From Octopus vulgaris (taxonomy: Eukaryota), in contig OX597819.1 of assembly GCA_951406725.2 (NCBI GenBank), positions 131,502,001 through 131,566,000 of the forward strand: a stretch of DNA of 64,000 bases, in the 5' to 3' direction. Position 1 is the first letter of the stretch. Each line of letters opens with the position of its first letter. The notes beneath the pieces are model-generated. The model saw only the letters and a program-made list of their open reading frames with translations. It did no database searches and was not told the origin of the DNA. Made by a program: the position numbers and the translations under genes. Below are positions 11,971 through 24,967 of this stretch, piece after piece.

Positions 11971-13044
11971 TCACTTAAAATATGTTTTCAAAGGCGGATG
12001 GCATCAACGGTAAGCAAGCCATTGCTACTCCAGACATGATGAGCAATGACTCTGAAACTAGTCTCTAGATGCTGGATTTGCTGGTTGGAGGTGCTTGTCT
12101 CCACCTTGAAAACATAAGCACACAGAAAATGTGTCAAGTCCAACTGGAAACGGTTTCCTAGGGCTAAATAACAGTAGCATTCTTCCCTTTCATGGGACTC
12201 ACATTGACATCATACTATCGCTAATTTGCTTTTTACACAAAATAGAATTTCGCTGGAGTACCCTGTATTTTCTTTCTTTCCTCAAAGTCTCAGGTCTTGT
12301 GAAAGGTTAAATATACATAACAGACTCACCTCCACTCTCTTTGGCTTTCACTCTTTCCATATTGAACCCACGATCTATTTGTAGCTCTGTCTATGAACAG
12401 CAAAGACTCTGGGTCTTTCCCATCTGGAAATTCTGTTTTTACTTGATAATCACAGTTGCTGGCTTGAGATGTTTGTGCAAATGAAACCCTGCTAAGACTT
12501 CTTTGTAACCCTGTCTGGTGGGGGTCACTTTTGCAGGGGAAGAACATTGTCTGCAACAACTGCTGCAAGATGTCCGATGACAGTGCAACGTCTGCAAGTT
12601 AACTGTCAGAACGGTTGAAGGAGGCTTTCATTAAATGCCTGATCTACAAGCTCTGTTGCTTCGTAAATTATCTCAGAAATTTCTAGTTCTTTTGCCATGA
12701 GTGTTAACTTTACAGAACCCTCATTTTGTCTTGCAATGTACCTGGTGACCCATTCGGTGCTGGTGTCAGGTTAAAAGCATCCAGTACATTTTGTAAAGGG
12801 GTTGGCATTAGGAGGGGCATCCAGCTGCCCAACCCATGCCAGCATAGAAAATGGACATTAAATTATGACCTTCATTTATTAATGAAGGTAACATCTGTGC
12901 GTTAATACATTCGCAATTGTTACCTGGGTGTGTTACAGTCCACTCCACATATTGGGCCTTGACACTCAGGACATGATGATAGTTTTAATTGCATTAGACA
13001 CGTTTTTATTGTTTTAACAAAATTGTGTGTAAATATTGATATTA

Positions 13045-13995
13045 ATCAATGTGCCCCCCACCCCCTCAGTGGAAAGCGCATGCTCCAGGTGAGACCTGAA
13101 GGCTGCTCACATGTGGATGGGGTCCTTTCCTGGTGCTAGCCCACATGTGGTTGATGGAGGACTTCAGCTCATCAATATTGCTGTGGCAGACCTTGCAGGC
13201 TTTGCCCTCGACATGCACCTTACATGCTGTAGTCGAGTGGGTTCAGGTCTGGCAACTGTGGTGGCCAAAAGTCCTTCAACCAGAAGTTCATATTTGACCC
13301 CAACCACCCTTGCACAGCCTTGGCTGTGTGAACTGGGGCCCTGTCCTGCTGAAATATGTAGACCACCTTCCTTGTGATCTTTCTCACCCAAGGCTGAACT
13401 TCTGTGGCTAAGATGTCCTTGTAGTCAGCCACAGTGATCCTGTAACTGGCCACGAACCATGATGCCAAGCATCATCATGGAGGCAGAGTGGTTTATTGCA
13501 GACATGTAGCAGACGTCCTGGCTGACCATGTGGTCATTCTGCTTGTTGACAACTGGATCGACTGTGAAGGTTTTTTATCATCGGAAAATAAGAGAATTTG
13601 ATTGCCTTGACACTTCAAGTCATTGAGAAGGTGATGATGGTGCCCCCAACATTCTTCTTGCATACAGACGGTGAGCAGGGGCCTTTCTGTGGCACCTTAA
13701 GCTCTTGCTGCCTTCCTCCTTTATCGCCCTGGACACTTTTGCATTGAGCTATTGTTTGTCACGAGCACAGTCATTTTCAGCTTTGGGTCACTTTCGAAGG
13801 CCTTCCTCACAGCCAAATGGTTGACAACATCAGGTTTGCTTGATCAAGGTTGATCTTTGAGGTCTTTCCCGTTCTTGAACCTCTCTGCAACTCTGTGGAC
13901 AGTCCTCTGGCTGACGTTGAGCCACTTGGCAATGTCGGACCTGTTGTGGCCTGTGCACAGGAGAACAGGTACTTCAATTCTGGACGCTTCCATTT
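13045..13995 (-). pseudogene. decayed Tc1/mariner-superfamily transposase (maT / DD37D-like)
   Basis: LIFSDDK.FTVD..VN.QND and FQQDRAPVH...WPPQLPDLNPLDYS motifs; frameshifted. Confidence 0.8.
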
Positions 13996-15448
13996 TGATA
14001 CACCTGCACACAATGGAAAAGACATTTTAATGACACTTCCTGAAAAAGTAGCATTTTGTCTATTACATATGTAAACCTCTCAAAAGACCCCAAAACCGAG
14101 TGTAACAAGACTTTTGCAAAGCCAGGTATTCTAAAGAACGAAATATTGCAGATTTGCCTTGTTATGTTGCATTATTGAGAATTATTACCTTTAAGAAATT
14201 TGGTGAGAGTATTGTTTTTCAATGGTGTTTGTCATGGCAGGAAACCTTATAGCAAAGTTACCAACCTCTGAACTGTTATCTACAAATTCTTGTCAAACCA
14301 TTTTATTACAAAGCGTTGCAGTTTCTCTCCTTGGCTGAATGGTTTCATTCCGGTGCATCGACTTTGCTTGTCTCTCACACCACCCTTTCTTGTATCCATG
14401 ACTTTTGCCGTTAATTTTACATGATGCCAGCCTCCACTTCTCTTTAACTGACGTCATCATAACATTCACACTTAAAGACCTCAGCAACATTTTTCAATGA
14501 GTCTTGTAGTCTTCACCAAAACGGTCGCCAAGCACTAAGACATGACATTATGAATCAAAGCGAAGTTTCTTGTTAATGGCTTGAATCTGTTGAGGTAGAT
14601 TTTCTACGGCCAGGTGCCTCTCCTGTTGCCAACCCTCACTTGTCTCGTTGGAAGCTGATATTCCCCATGGCTAAAATTTTATCCAAAGTTATTGGAATCA
14701 TTTTTGTGATTGGAGTTATCTCCCTTCCTCCGCTATCTCGAATTCAAATTTTTTTTTTTTTTCTGAAATTTTGTGATTTATTTGTCAAACAAAAAAATGA
14801 TGTCCATTATTTTTAATGCTTGGAAAGGACACTAAAAATAAAATTTTTATATTTACAAAATAAATGGAAAATATTTCCTTCTTGTGTGGATGCATCATAA
14901 TACGAATGCCACTGAATTGATTATGATGGTCAAAAGCTTTTTCCTTTAAAGTCTTCCTTCCCAAACACAGTTTCCGCTGCTTCTTATATTCCGTAGAGTC
15001 TTTTAATGTTGGAACTACATCTCCCTGGCTTAGTTATCTGCAAATATTTGGTTAGAAATTCCCTGTCTCTTCCATAACAGCTCACACCTCTCTCGGACAC
15101 ATCAATTCTGGTGTGTCTCAAACAGGTTGTTCCTTCTCCTACACACTGGTCAAACAATGTCCCCACTTTTCACTTAACATTCCCCCTGAAACTGTCCTAT
15201 ATACACAACTTCATGCCATTAGGAACCCCAGAGACATTTTATAATTTGGTCTCAAAGAAACCGAAATGACCAAGAGATGAAACTCACAAAGCTGCTATTA
15301 ATATCACCTGTAATTAATATTACCTGTAATAATTATAATGGATTTATTGAATAATGAGTGCTCAGATATACTCAGCCCATCAGAAACAGTAACCAAGAGT
15401 GAATGAACATGACAGAGAATAATGCACCGGAAGTGAACAGTGAATGAA

Positions 15449-15708
15449 TTAGAAAATTATCATTTCTAAATCTCACAACAAAAGATATTCAGCAACAGTT
15501 CTTTGGAGTAAAAGTTGTTTGCCAACAAAACGTGGCAGTCCTGGTTTAGGACGAATGTGAAACTTAAAAATAGTAATTTTCTAATTTGTTCGAAAATATA
15601 AGGACACAGATCATGTCGTATAGCCAGCTGGAGACGATGTCTCCTGGGGCTAAATTACAGCAACATTCATCCTAAACCAGGACTGCCATGTTATGTTGGC
15701 AAACAATC
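15449..15708. repeat. two interleaved inverted repeats (foldback remnant)
   Basis: 15449-15477 pairs with 15556-15584, and 15514-15558 pairs with 15663-15708. Confidence 0.7.
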
Positions 15709-15994
15709 TTTGCTACAGTGAATGAATTGCATCAAAAAGGTTAAATACGTTGATTCTATTGGATCCTGAAAATTTTATAATAAACACACACATGCACATA
15801 CGAAGGGCTTCTTTCAGTTTCCTTCTACCAAATTCACTCAGAAGTCTTTCATTGACTGGTTGGAGGTTTTCGTAGAAGACACTTGACATGCAATGGGACT
15901 GAACCTAGAACCATGTGGGTGAGAAGCAGACTTAGTTACACAGCCACACCTAAATGAAATCATTAAAAAATTACATTAAAAACCCCAAAATCCA

Positions 15995-16172
15995 TTTCTT
16001 TACTCTAGGCACAAAGCTTGAAATTTTGGGGAGGGGGCTAGTTGATTAGATTGACCCTGAAAGGATGAAAGGCAAAGTCGACCTCAACAGAATTTGAACT
16101 CAGAACGTAAAGACAGACGAAACACTGCCAAGCATTTTGCCCGGCATGCTAATGTTTCTACCAGCTTGTTGC
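15995..16172 (-). mobile_element. SINE family C (internally deleted)
   Basis: ggatgaaaggcaaagtcgacctc...gaatttgaactcagaacg shared with the other C copies. Confidence 0.75.
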
Positions 16173-16337
16173 CCAAAACCCATTCAAAGACTCCTTGTAG
16201 ATTTGAGGCCTGGTTCATCGCCCAAACCTCCCAAACTACATCCAACTAATGGAGGAAGAGCTGTCCACTAAATTTTGAAACGAATCAATCACTAATAACA
16301 TTGTAATCACTGGTTTACTGTTTCTGTTTTTCTCATT

Positions 16338-16593
16338 ATAATAATAATAATAATAATAATGAAATTATTGTATACAGTGCTCAGGTGCACCACAACTTGT
16401 CAGAGTATATGCAGTAATGTACAAATGTCTGGAAAGCGAACAATACATGAGTCAGATACATGCCTGTGTGTGTATGGAGGGGAGAAAACCAGGTGTAGTG
16501 TTGGCAAATCTCAGAAAGCATGGAAGTTTTGAAGGATGCAGTGCTCTGACAACTAACAACTGATGCCGGCAGTTTGTTCCATGCTTCAGCAAC
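16338..16593 (-). mobile_element. CR1/L2-group LINE 3' end with (TTA)n tail
   Basis: Minus strand encodes VAEAWNKLPASVVSCQSTASFK (WNxLP motif of the CR1-group ORF2 C-terminus), then a UTR and a (tta)n tail. Confidence 0.7.
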
Positions 16594-17196
16594 TCGTTCT
16601 ACCTCGACCCAATTCCATCAGAGATACCTTTGCGTTCTATCAACTGAGATTCACCATTCAAACCCAGAACTCTACGGTGCCACTGTAAATTCTTCGTGCT
16701 ATCTAAGATTCTTCTAATGAACAGCCACCGTTTGACCAGTTTCCTGGCTGCTCTGAGAAAATACACCTTAGAAATTGTCCCTCTTGGGAGACTTCAATTC
16801 ACAAAGACTTTGCTCTCTCACTCTTTGCACAGCAACTGGCATTGAGATGAAACCTTTTGTCCTTCCAAACTACCTTTACCTTCATGATGGAGAGAGGGAG
16901 AGGGAGGAGCAGAGCCAGGCACAAACAGCTGAGTTTTCATCTCTTTCTGATGTTAATGAAATGGAATCAGAGCAAATTGACAGTTGCTCTATTGCAGACC
17001 TGTCCAACCCATTTTAATAACGAGGAAAATAAGCATTAAAGCAATCAAGGTCCTCTTCCTCCTCCTCCTCCTCCCCGTCATCATCCCCCTCCCCCTCCTC
17101 CTCGTCGTCATCATCATCATCCTCATCATTGTCATCATCACCATTTTCGTCGTCATCATCATCATCATGGTAAAGTAGTAATGATTTTAAGGCTTC

Positions 17197-17221
17197 TGTG
17201 TGTGTGTGCGTATGTGTGTGT

Positions 17222-17282
<61 letters not shown>
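17197..17282. repeat. (TG)n microsatellite, preceded by (TCC)/(TCA) tracts at 17050-17168
   Basis: Direct reading. Confidence 0.95.
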
Positions 17283-17283
<1 letters not shown>

Positions 17284-18393
17284 ATGCATTTGTAATAAGA
17301 AATGTATCTGCTTATTGATTATCTATAAGTTGTCATTTTATTGTTGAATATCGCTTTGTATTGAAACAGGTTTATCTACAACTTCTGTCATCCATCAGTG
17401 TGTCTGTGTGTCCGTGTGTGTCTCTCTGTGTAGGAGTAGCTGATGTTGGACACAAGGCTGTTTCAATCCATTCGCTGCCAGAAGTTTTAAAATTTTAATG
17501 AATAGAAAAACAGAAATATACTTCAATTATCGTTATTGAATACAGTAACGAGGATTATTGCCAAATTAGATGCTCCAATTGTTAATACAACAATAACCAA
17601 GTTGTGTCTTACTGAAAGAAAATGGCTTAATTCATAGCAATATTAATAATGGTTTCAAATTTTGGCACAAGGCCAGCAATTTGCAGGGGGACGGGGAAGT
17701 TGATTATATTGACCCCCAATGTTTAAGTGGTGGTACTTATTTTATCAACCCTGAAAAGAGAAAAGGCAAACCTTGGTGGAATTTGAATTCAGAATTGGTT
17801 GGTGTTAAGAAGGGCATCCAGCTGTAGAAGCACTGCTAGATCAGACTGGGCCTGGTGCAGCCTCCTGGCTTCCCAGACCCCAGTCAAACCGTCCAACCCA
17901 TGCCAGCATGGAAAAACAGACGTTAAACGCTGATAATGAATGTACAGACAAACAAAATGCTGCTAACAATTTTTGCCAGCTCACCACCTTAGAACTCGCA
18001 TTAATATTTCTTTCTTTCTTGAGGTGTCATTCCCAGAATGTAGGACACAAGCGACCAAGTCCTGCCACAATTCTTTGTTCTTTGTCTGCCCTTAACTATT
18101 CCACTCTTCCTCATGTCTCACGTCCCTTTCTTCCAACCCTTTCTTCAAGCTCCACATCCACATCGTCCTTCTCCTTCTCCCTTTCAATCTTTCCAGCCAT
18201 CATTAAATTTTCCCCCTGGGCCCTCTTTCCTCACCACGTGACCAAGGAATCTCAGTCGCTTGGTCCTTACCTTACAAAGCACTTCACTGCTTACTGCAGC
18301 CCGGGTCAGTCTTCACTGCTTCTTCTTCTTCTTCTTCTTCTTCTTCTTCTTCTTCAGACACTTTGTCTGTCCATGCAACCCTCAATCATCAGT

Positions 18394-18750
18394 ATCATCA
18401 TTGTTTAATGTCCGTTTTCCATGCTAGCATGGGTTGGACGGTTCGACCGGGGTCTGTGAAGCCAGAAGGCTGCATCAGGCCCAGTCTGATCTGGCAGGGT
18501 TTCTACAGCTGGATGCCCTTCCTAATGCCAACCACTCCGTGAGTGTAGTGGGTGCTTTTTACATGCCACGCAAGGCTGGCAATGGCCAAGATTGGTTGGT
18601 GCTTTTTACATGCCACCGGCACAGAAGCCAGCCAAGGCGGCACTGGCATCGGCCACATTCGGATGGTGCTTTTTACGTGCAGTGATCACAACTACAATTT
18701 CCATTGATTTTTGGTATCGATGTACTTGACTCAATTGGTCTCCTCAAGCA
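18394..18750 (-). mobile_element. RTE 3' UTR fragment, inverted relative to the copy at 17797-17938
   Basis: Family consensus with a degenerate (cat)n tail. Confidence 0.8.
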
Positions 18751-19303
18751 GAGGGTATCCTTTTATTAGTATTATCGGCAATATTAGTAACATAGCTTTG
18801 AGAAGTAACAACACAGTTTACACAGAAGAAACCAAATCTTTGTTTATATTTTGCTCACACCCCACCCCACGCCCCCTACATGCATGAATGTAGCAGCAAT
18901 GCCTGCTCTTCTCTTACATGTTGTTATTTAGCAGAAGGCAGTCACAGTCTGATTTACATGTTTACGTTTGTTCCACATATTTCACAACAATCTCTTTTCT
19001 ATCCAACTTGCTGCGGCATCTCTAAAAATATCGCAGAAGAAGAACATCTTCAGAAAACCATTTTCGCCTACAAAATAAACTGGGCTTTCTTCTTCTTTTT
19101 TGTTGTGTCAGAGATTCAATTAGTTTATTCAGAAAATATGTCCAGAACCAATTCCAAAATTATCTTTTTTTCCTTTTTTCTCCAATTTTTCTAATCTTTC
19201 TTTCTTTTAAAAATGAGAGTTTATAGTTAATGACAGATAAAACTGGTTTAGAAAACTTTTTGATGGCAAAAGATTCGTTAAGTTTTAATGAACGCATTAT
19301 TAT

Positions 19304-19605
19304 GGGTGTGGGTGTGGCTGTGAGGTAAGAAGCTTCCTTCCCAACCACATGGTTCCAGGTTCAGTCCCACTTTGGGCAAGTGTCTTCTACCATAGACTCG
19401 AACTGACCAAAGCCTTGTGAGTGGATTTGGTGTATATTTATGTGTGTGTGTGTGTGTGTGTGTGCGCGTTTGAGTTTGTCCCCACCACCACCACCACCAC
19501 CACAACTTGATAACTGGTTCTGGTGTGTTTATGTACCTGTAACATAAACTCTTCAGTGCCCCAGCATGGCCACAGTCCAAATAGTGAAACAAGTAAAAAA
19601 TAAAA
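19304..19605 (+). mobile_element. tRNA-derived SINE family A
   Basis: GTGGCTGTGAGGTAAG...GGTTCAGTCCCA head, ttgggcaagtgtctt CORE-like segment, internal (TG)n. Confidence 0.8.
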
Positions 19606-21093
19606 GATATTATCTCAACAAACATCTTTGGAATCAGGTTTGAATCTGATTTAAAGATTTTAGTGAAAATGTTAGTCTTTGGATTAGAAAACCAAAAAAG
19701 AAGAAGGAATTAGCAAAAGTCTTGCATTTAAAAGAAACAAAAAACAAAAACATTGGAAAGAAATCGGCCTAAAATTCCAAAGAAGTGAACCAGAAGAATT
19801 CCAAAGATTCTCCTCATTGTAAATACTGGTTATAATAGTTTAGTTGATGTCTTAGACTTTGGTGCCAGAATTATTACTTAATATTATTGAAGGTGGAAAG
19901 ACAGCAAGCTGATGGAATTGTCATCATGCTGGGCAGAATGTTTTGTGGCATTTTTACATTCTGAGTTCAAATTCCACTGAGGCTGGCTTTGCTTTTCATC
20001 CTCTTGGGCTCAATAGAATACAAACCAGCTGAACGCTGGGGTCAGTGTAATAGGCTAGCTGCCTCCGCCAGACTTGCTGGCCTTCTGCCAAAATTTGAAA
20101 TCATTGTTATTATCAAAGTGGTGTGCTGGTAGAATCGTCAACAGAATGCTGCCACGCGTTTTGTCCATCTTTGAAGTTCTGAGTTCAAATTCTATTGAAG
20201 TTGAATTGCGGGGTCAGTTTAATCAACTTGATCATGTCCCCTAAATTTACAGACCTTGTATCAAAATTTGAAACCATCAATATCATTTGACTTCTATTTC
20301 TAGCTGGTGAAGCAAAAGACCCCTTGTAGTGTCCTTAGGCAAAACAATATTCTCATCATCATCATCATCTTAGCATTCCCTTTTCCTTGAATGGATCAGG
20401 TTGAATTTATTGAGGTAGATTTTTCTAGGACTGGGTGCCCTTCCTGTCACCAATCCTCACCTGTTCTCAAGCAAAAGAGTATTTCCTCAGAGCTGGATGG
20501 TGTTTTCACAGAATATTAGCATTAAACGACACTGTATGATGGTACAGCTTGTTTAGAACAACCACACCATGTCAAGACAAGGAGTTATAAACAAGGATAT
20601 ATGCACATACACACGTGTGCGTGCACACACACACACACACACACACTTATACACACTCATACACACACATACACACACACATGCACACACATGTATACAT
20701 GCATACACAGACGCACATATTTAGTGGATTTGAAATTAACATGGATGTTTTCTCCAGATTTAGGATCCATGTTCTTAGTTTAACATGGTATCCTGAATAT
20801 ATTTCCAGGTCATATCACAACAGCCACCATCCCAAAATAAATCCTGAACATATTCCTAATTGTTTTAATTAATTTACAGTTGACGACCATTAAATCTTTT
20901 CAAGGCAACCACAATAGTATATGTGCCTCAGTTTCCGTCTGCCAAATCCGTTCACAAGGCTTTGGTCAGCCTAAGGCCATGGTCAAAGACACTTGCCCAA
21001 GGTGCCAATGCAGCAAGACTAAGCCCAGAACCATTTGGCTGGGAAGTAGACTTCTTAATCCCACACCTTCCATCCTAAACTAAATTAATTACT

Positions 21094-21343
21094 GTGCCGG
21101 TGGCACGTAAAAAGCACCATCCGATCATGGCCGTTGCCAGCCTCGCCTGGCACCTGTGCGGGTGGCACGTAAAAAGCACCCACTACACTTACGGAGTTGT
21201 TGGCGTTAGGAAGGGCATCCAGCCGTAGAAACATTGCCAGATCAGACTGGGCCTGATGCAGCCTTCTGGCTTCACAGACCCCAGTTGAACCGTCCAACCC
21301 ATGCTAGCATGGAAAGCGGACGCTAAATGATGATGATGATGAT
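21094..21343 (+). mobile_element. RTE 3' UTR fragment
   Basis: Two gtgc.ggtggcacgtaaaaagcacc units, the terminal palindrome and a (tga)n tail. Confidence 0.85.
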
Positions 21344-21766
21344 GTAGCTTGATCTTAGAAGAGCTACACCGTGTTGTAAGGGGCGGGGGTACAAAAGATT
21401 TGGTGACCAGGAGGGTATCCAGCCTCAGAAAAGCCATCAAACCCTTACCCACATTTAAAAACAGAAGCAGAACACTGATGATGGATAATATAAATGAATG
21501 TTGGTGTTCATTAGAGGCTTCCAGCCATAAAATACTCAATTTGACAACTCAAATTATTTCAGTTTCCAAATCTTCTCACTTATATTAGTGAAGAGGATTG
21601 ATTGTAAAAGAAGAGGATGTGGCAAAAATAACCTCTTCTATTTTCACAGGTTGACAAACATTTTAGCAGCAAATACAAGGTACAAACCAGCTGAAACCCT
21701 GGTGGTAACTGGAGAAGCACGGTAAAGCATTAATTAGATGAAGACATTGTTATCACCTGCCTAAGT

Positions 21767-22111
21767 TGGCAAGGGTCACACCAATGGCAAGGGTCACACC
21801 AATGGCAAGGGCCACACCAATGGCAAGGGCCACACCAATGGCAAGGGCCACACCAATGGCAAGGGTCACACCAATGGCAAGGGCCACACCAATGGCAAGG
21901 GCTACACCAATGGCAAGGGTCACACCAATAGCAAGGGTCACACCAATGGCAAGGGCCACACCAATGGCAAGGGTCACACCAATGGCAAGGGTCACACCAA
22001 TGGCAAGGCCACACCAATGGCAAGGGCCACGCCAATGGCGAGGGTCACGCCAATGGCGAGGGCCACACCAATGGCGAGGGTCACACCAATGGCAAGGGTC
22101 ACACCAATGGC
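21767..22111. repeat. 18-bp minisatellite (tggcaaggg[t/c]cacaccaa), about 19 copies
   Basis: Direct reading. It produces the MARVTP / CHWCDP ORFs. Confidence 0.95.
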
Positions 22112-22530
22112 CTTGTAAAACATGGGATGTTTTTCTGTTGTTCCCTGTATTTATAAGAAAGAGATTAACTTTATCAAAACTGAAAATTATTTAAATTAAA
22201 AATCAGATCAGACACAAAACTAGACTCGAGTTTGCATACTTCAAACAGGAGTGTGAAAAGTCGAATAAAACGGTTGATGTTATGGAAATAAGGATTTTCT
22301 GTTTCCTGTTTAAAGCAGATCAACTTAAGTATTGATTTCCTGTCGGGGTTTATGGCCGGGGGGGGGGCGAAAATGAAACAAAAAATACTGCAGACTACAT
22401 TAGGGAGATTCCAAAGAAAGATTGGTTCTGTAGAATGTTAGAAAGTCCATCATAAATAAAAGGGAGGCCAATGAAGGGGATAAATCTATAAAGAAATAAA
22501 TACCAGAGATGTGGGTACAGCAAAACCCTA

Positions 22531-22870
22531 AAGGCATGGGGTAGACTGGTGGTTAGGGTGTTTGGCTCATGATCGTAAGGTTGTGAGTTCAATTCCTGGT
22601 GGTGTCTTATGTCCTTGAGCAAAACACTTTATTTCTTGTTATTTCTGTCCACTCAGCTGGCAAAGGTGAGTTGTACCTGTCATTCAATGGGGTCAGCATT
22701 GTTGCATCCTATGTCATGCTGAATCTCCCTGAGGGCTACATTAAGGGTATGCGTGTCTGTGGAGTACTCAACCGCTTGCATGTTAATTACATGGGCAGGC
22801 TGTTCTGTTGATCGGGTCCACTGGAACCCTCGTTCCCGTTGTGGCTGACAGAAAGCCATTGGAGATAACC
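22531..22870 (+). mobile_element. tRNA-derived SINE family D
   Basis: GGTGGTTAGGGTGTT...GAGTTCAATTCC head followed by tccactcagctggcaaa. Confidence 0.7.
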
Positions 22871-23149
22871 TGAAGGAGACAAGTTGTCTCAACACTCGTC
22901 TTTAGCTCAGTTAAAACATGCTTGCGACATCTTTCAACTTCTAAACACAAATTCACTGCAGTTTACCCTGAAGAAGAAACTCTTTCTTATGGCAGAAAGG
23001 TGTAAACACACCATATCTGATTGGAGCTTGGCTTGCCAGTCCTCAGTCAGACCGTCCAACCCATGCCAGCATGGAAAGTGGACGTTAAACGATGATGATG
23101 ATGATAGGGAAGTTTTCCTTATTTTCTCTCATATTAAAATATATCCACC

Positions 23150-23243
23150 ACATATACATCTATATCTATAAAAATGTATCTATACATATACATGTATACA
23201 TATACAGCTATACATATACATGTATACATGTACATCTATATAT

Positions 23244-23286
<43 letters not shown>

Positions 23287-23312
23287 TATATATACATCCA
23301 TATATATACATG

Positions 23313-23347
<35 letters not shown>

Positions 23348-23474
23348 ATTATCCTCATATATAAATTTATATATACATATATATATATGTATATATATAT
23401 ATACATATATATATATATACATATATATATATGTATATATATATACATGTATATATATATATACATATATATAT

Positions 23475-23506
<32 letters not shown>

Positions 23507-23510
23507 ATGC
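23150..23510. repeat. compound (TA)n/(TACA) microsatellite
   Basis: Direct reading. Confidence 0.95.
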
Positions 23511-23799
23511 ATGTAAATTAAAAATAATAAGAGTGAAAGATTCAATATCAATTTGATCAATATGAATTTAAAACCAGTGGTGTAGCATATAAGACCATAG
23601 CGGATCTTCTTGTAGCATAATGGATGTCCAGCTTTAATAGTTTCAGTATTATAGTGAAAGTATTAAAGTGAAAGCATCTGACATTCCAATAGAGAGATGT
23701 TTTTGTTTCACTTTTGACACGTAATACTGAAATAGTGGAGAAGATATGATATTGCTGTGGGCTCGCACTAGGCAAAAAGTTAATTCTTTTTTTTGTCCA

Positions 23800-23927
23800 T
23801 GACACTACATGGACCCTAAGTAAGGCATGTGTAAAATTTGAATGAAATTGGTTGTGTAGTTATCAAGTTTTAGGGATTCACACAGACGGACACACACACA
23901 CATATTCTCAGTTTTATATATATAGAT
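23800..23927 (+). mobile_element. Helitron/Helentron-like non-autonomous element end
   Basis: aaatttgaatgaaattggtt...cacagacggacacac...ttttatatatatagat resembles the typical terminal signature; recognised from pattern only. Confidence 0.4.
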
Positions 23928-24966
23928 TATAATATTATATATTATTTAAATTTAAGATTAGTATTTTGTATGGCATATGTCTCACAGCATGGTTTTGGAC
24001 ACGTTCTTCATTGACTGAGTTGTAGAATGGTGGTTCGTCTCTAAATTAGTTATATATATGTGTGTGTGCGTGCGCGCGCGTGTACATGTACGTATGTATA
24101 TATGTATGTATTGACAGGTTGAAAGACAAATACATACGTACACACCCACACAAACAAACTGTGTGTGTGCGTGTGTGCAAGCTGCTTCTCAACTTCGATG
24201 TTATTTTAACAACGAGTTACTTCCCTTGTTTGCTATGTCCTCCAATTTCGTCGGATTGGTTCCTACTTTGGCTCCAAGTCCCGATTATAGCGACAATGCT
24301 TATTATGAATGTTGCAAGAAGGGTCCGAGTGAACGGGCCTACTCTAAGCATGCGCTTGTATGTTGAAGAAGGACAATGCGAAGAGACCACTTGCCCTAGT
24401 GGTCAGGTCGGCCGTGGTTTTTGTGGGGTATCCAAGAGCAGCCTTAGGAAGTCTCTCCTTCTTTCGGGGAATTATCCAGTGTTATAAATTTATGTAATTC
24501 TATTTCATTTTTACGGGCCTTTCATGCAACCCCAAACTGTATTGTCCCCTACTGACCCCAATGTTTTTGTAAACCCTTAATTGGTTAATAAAGTAAAACC
24601 TTTATTATTACATTCAGGTGTTTGACTCACCAAACAACGACCAAGACCTCTTAACTGAAATCAAATTAAACTCGGCTCATTTAGTTTGAACCCAATAATT
24701 AACGCAAGAGGATTACTTGCAATTAATTAAGAGATATAAATAAACATATTTGCCTAGAACAAAATTACAGTAAAATATACAAGTTGACACGAAACTACGG
24801 ACGTTATTTTCTTTAAGATGCCAGGTTTGACTGCAAAATAAACTGCGATGCGATGAGAAGATAATTTCAGGCGAATAAAACGGTGACACGACAAAGGTTT
24901 ACACAGGATTTGATCAATGAAAAGGTTGGAGTCCACTTCGATGACGCCGACGCCGCCGACCGCCGT

Positions 24967-24967
<1 letters not shown>

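Noticed and set aside
14293-15166. short minus-strand ORFs as coding exons
   Set aside because: Stops in the flanking frame, no convincing splice-site pairs and no recognisable motifs.
23092-23560. YIYI-, HTHT-, VCVC- and poly-residue ORFs here and elsewhere
   Set aside because: Translations of microsatellites.
24361-24612. solo LTR (TGT...ACA with AATAAA)
   Set aside because: No matching target-site duplication and no second copy in the window.
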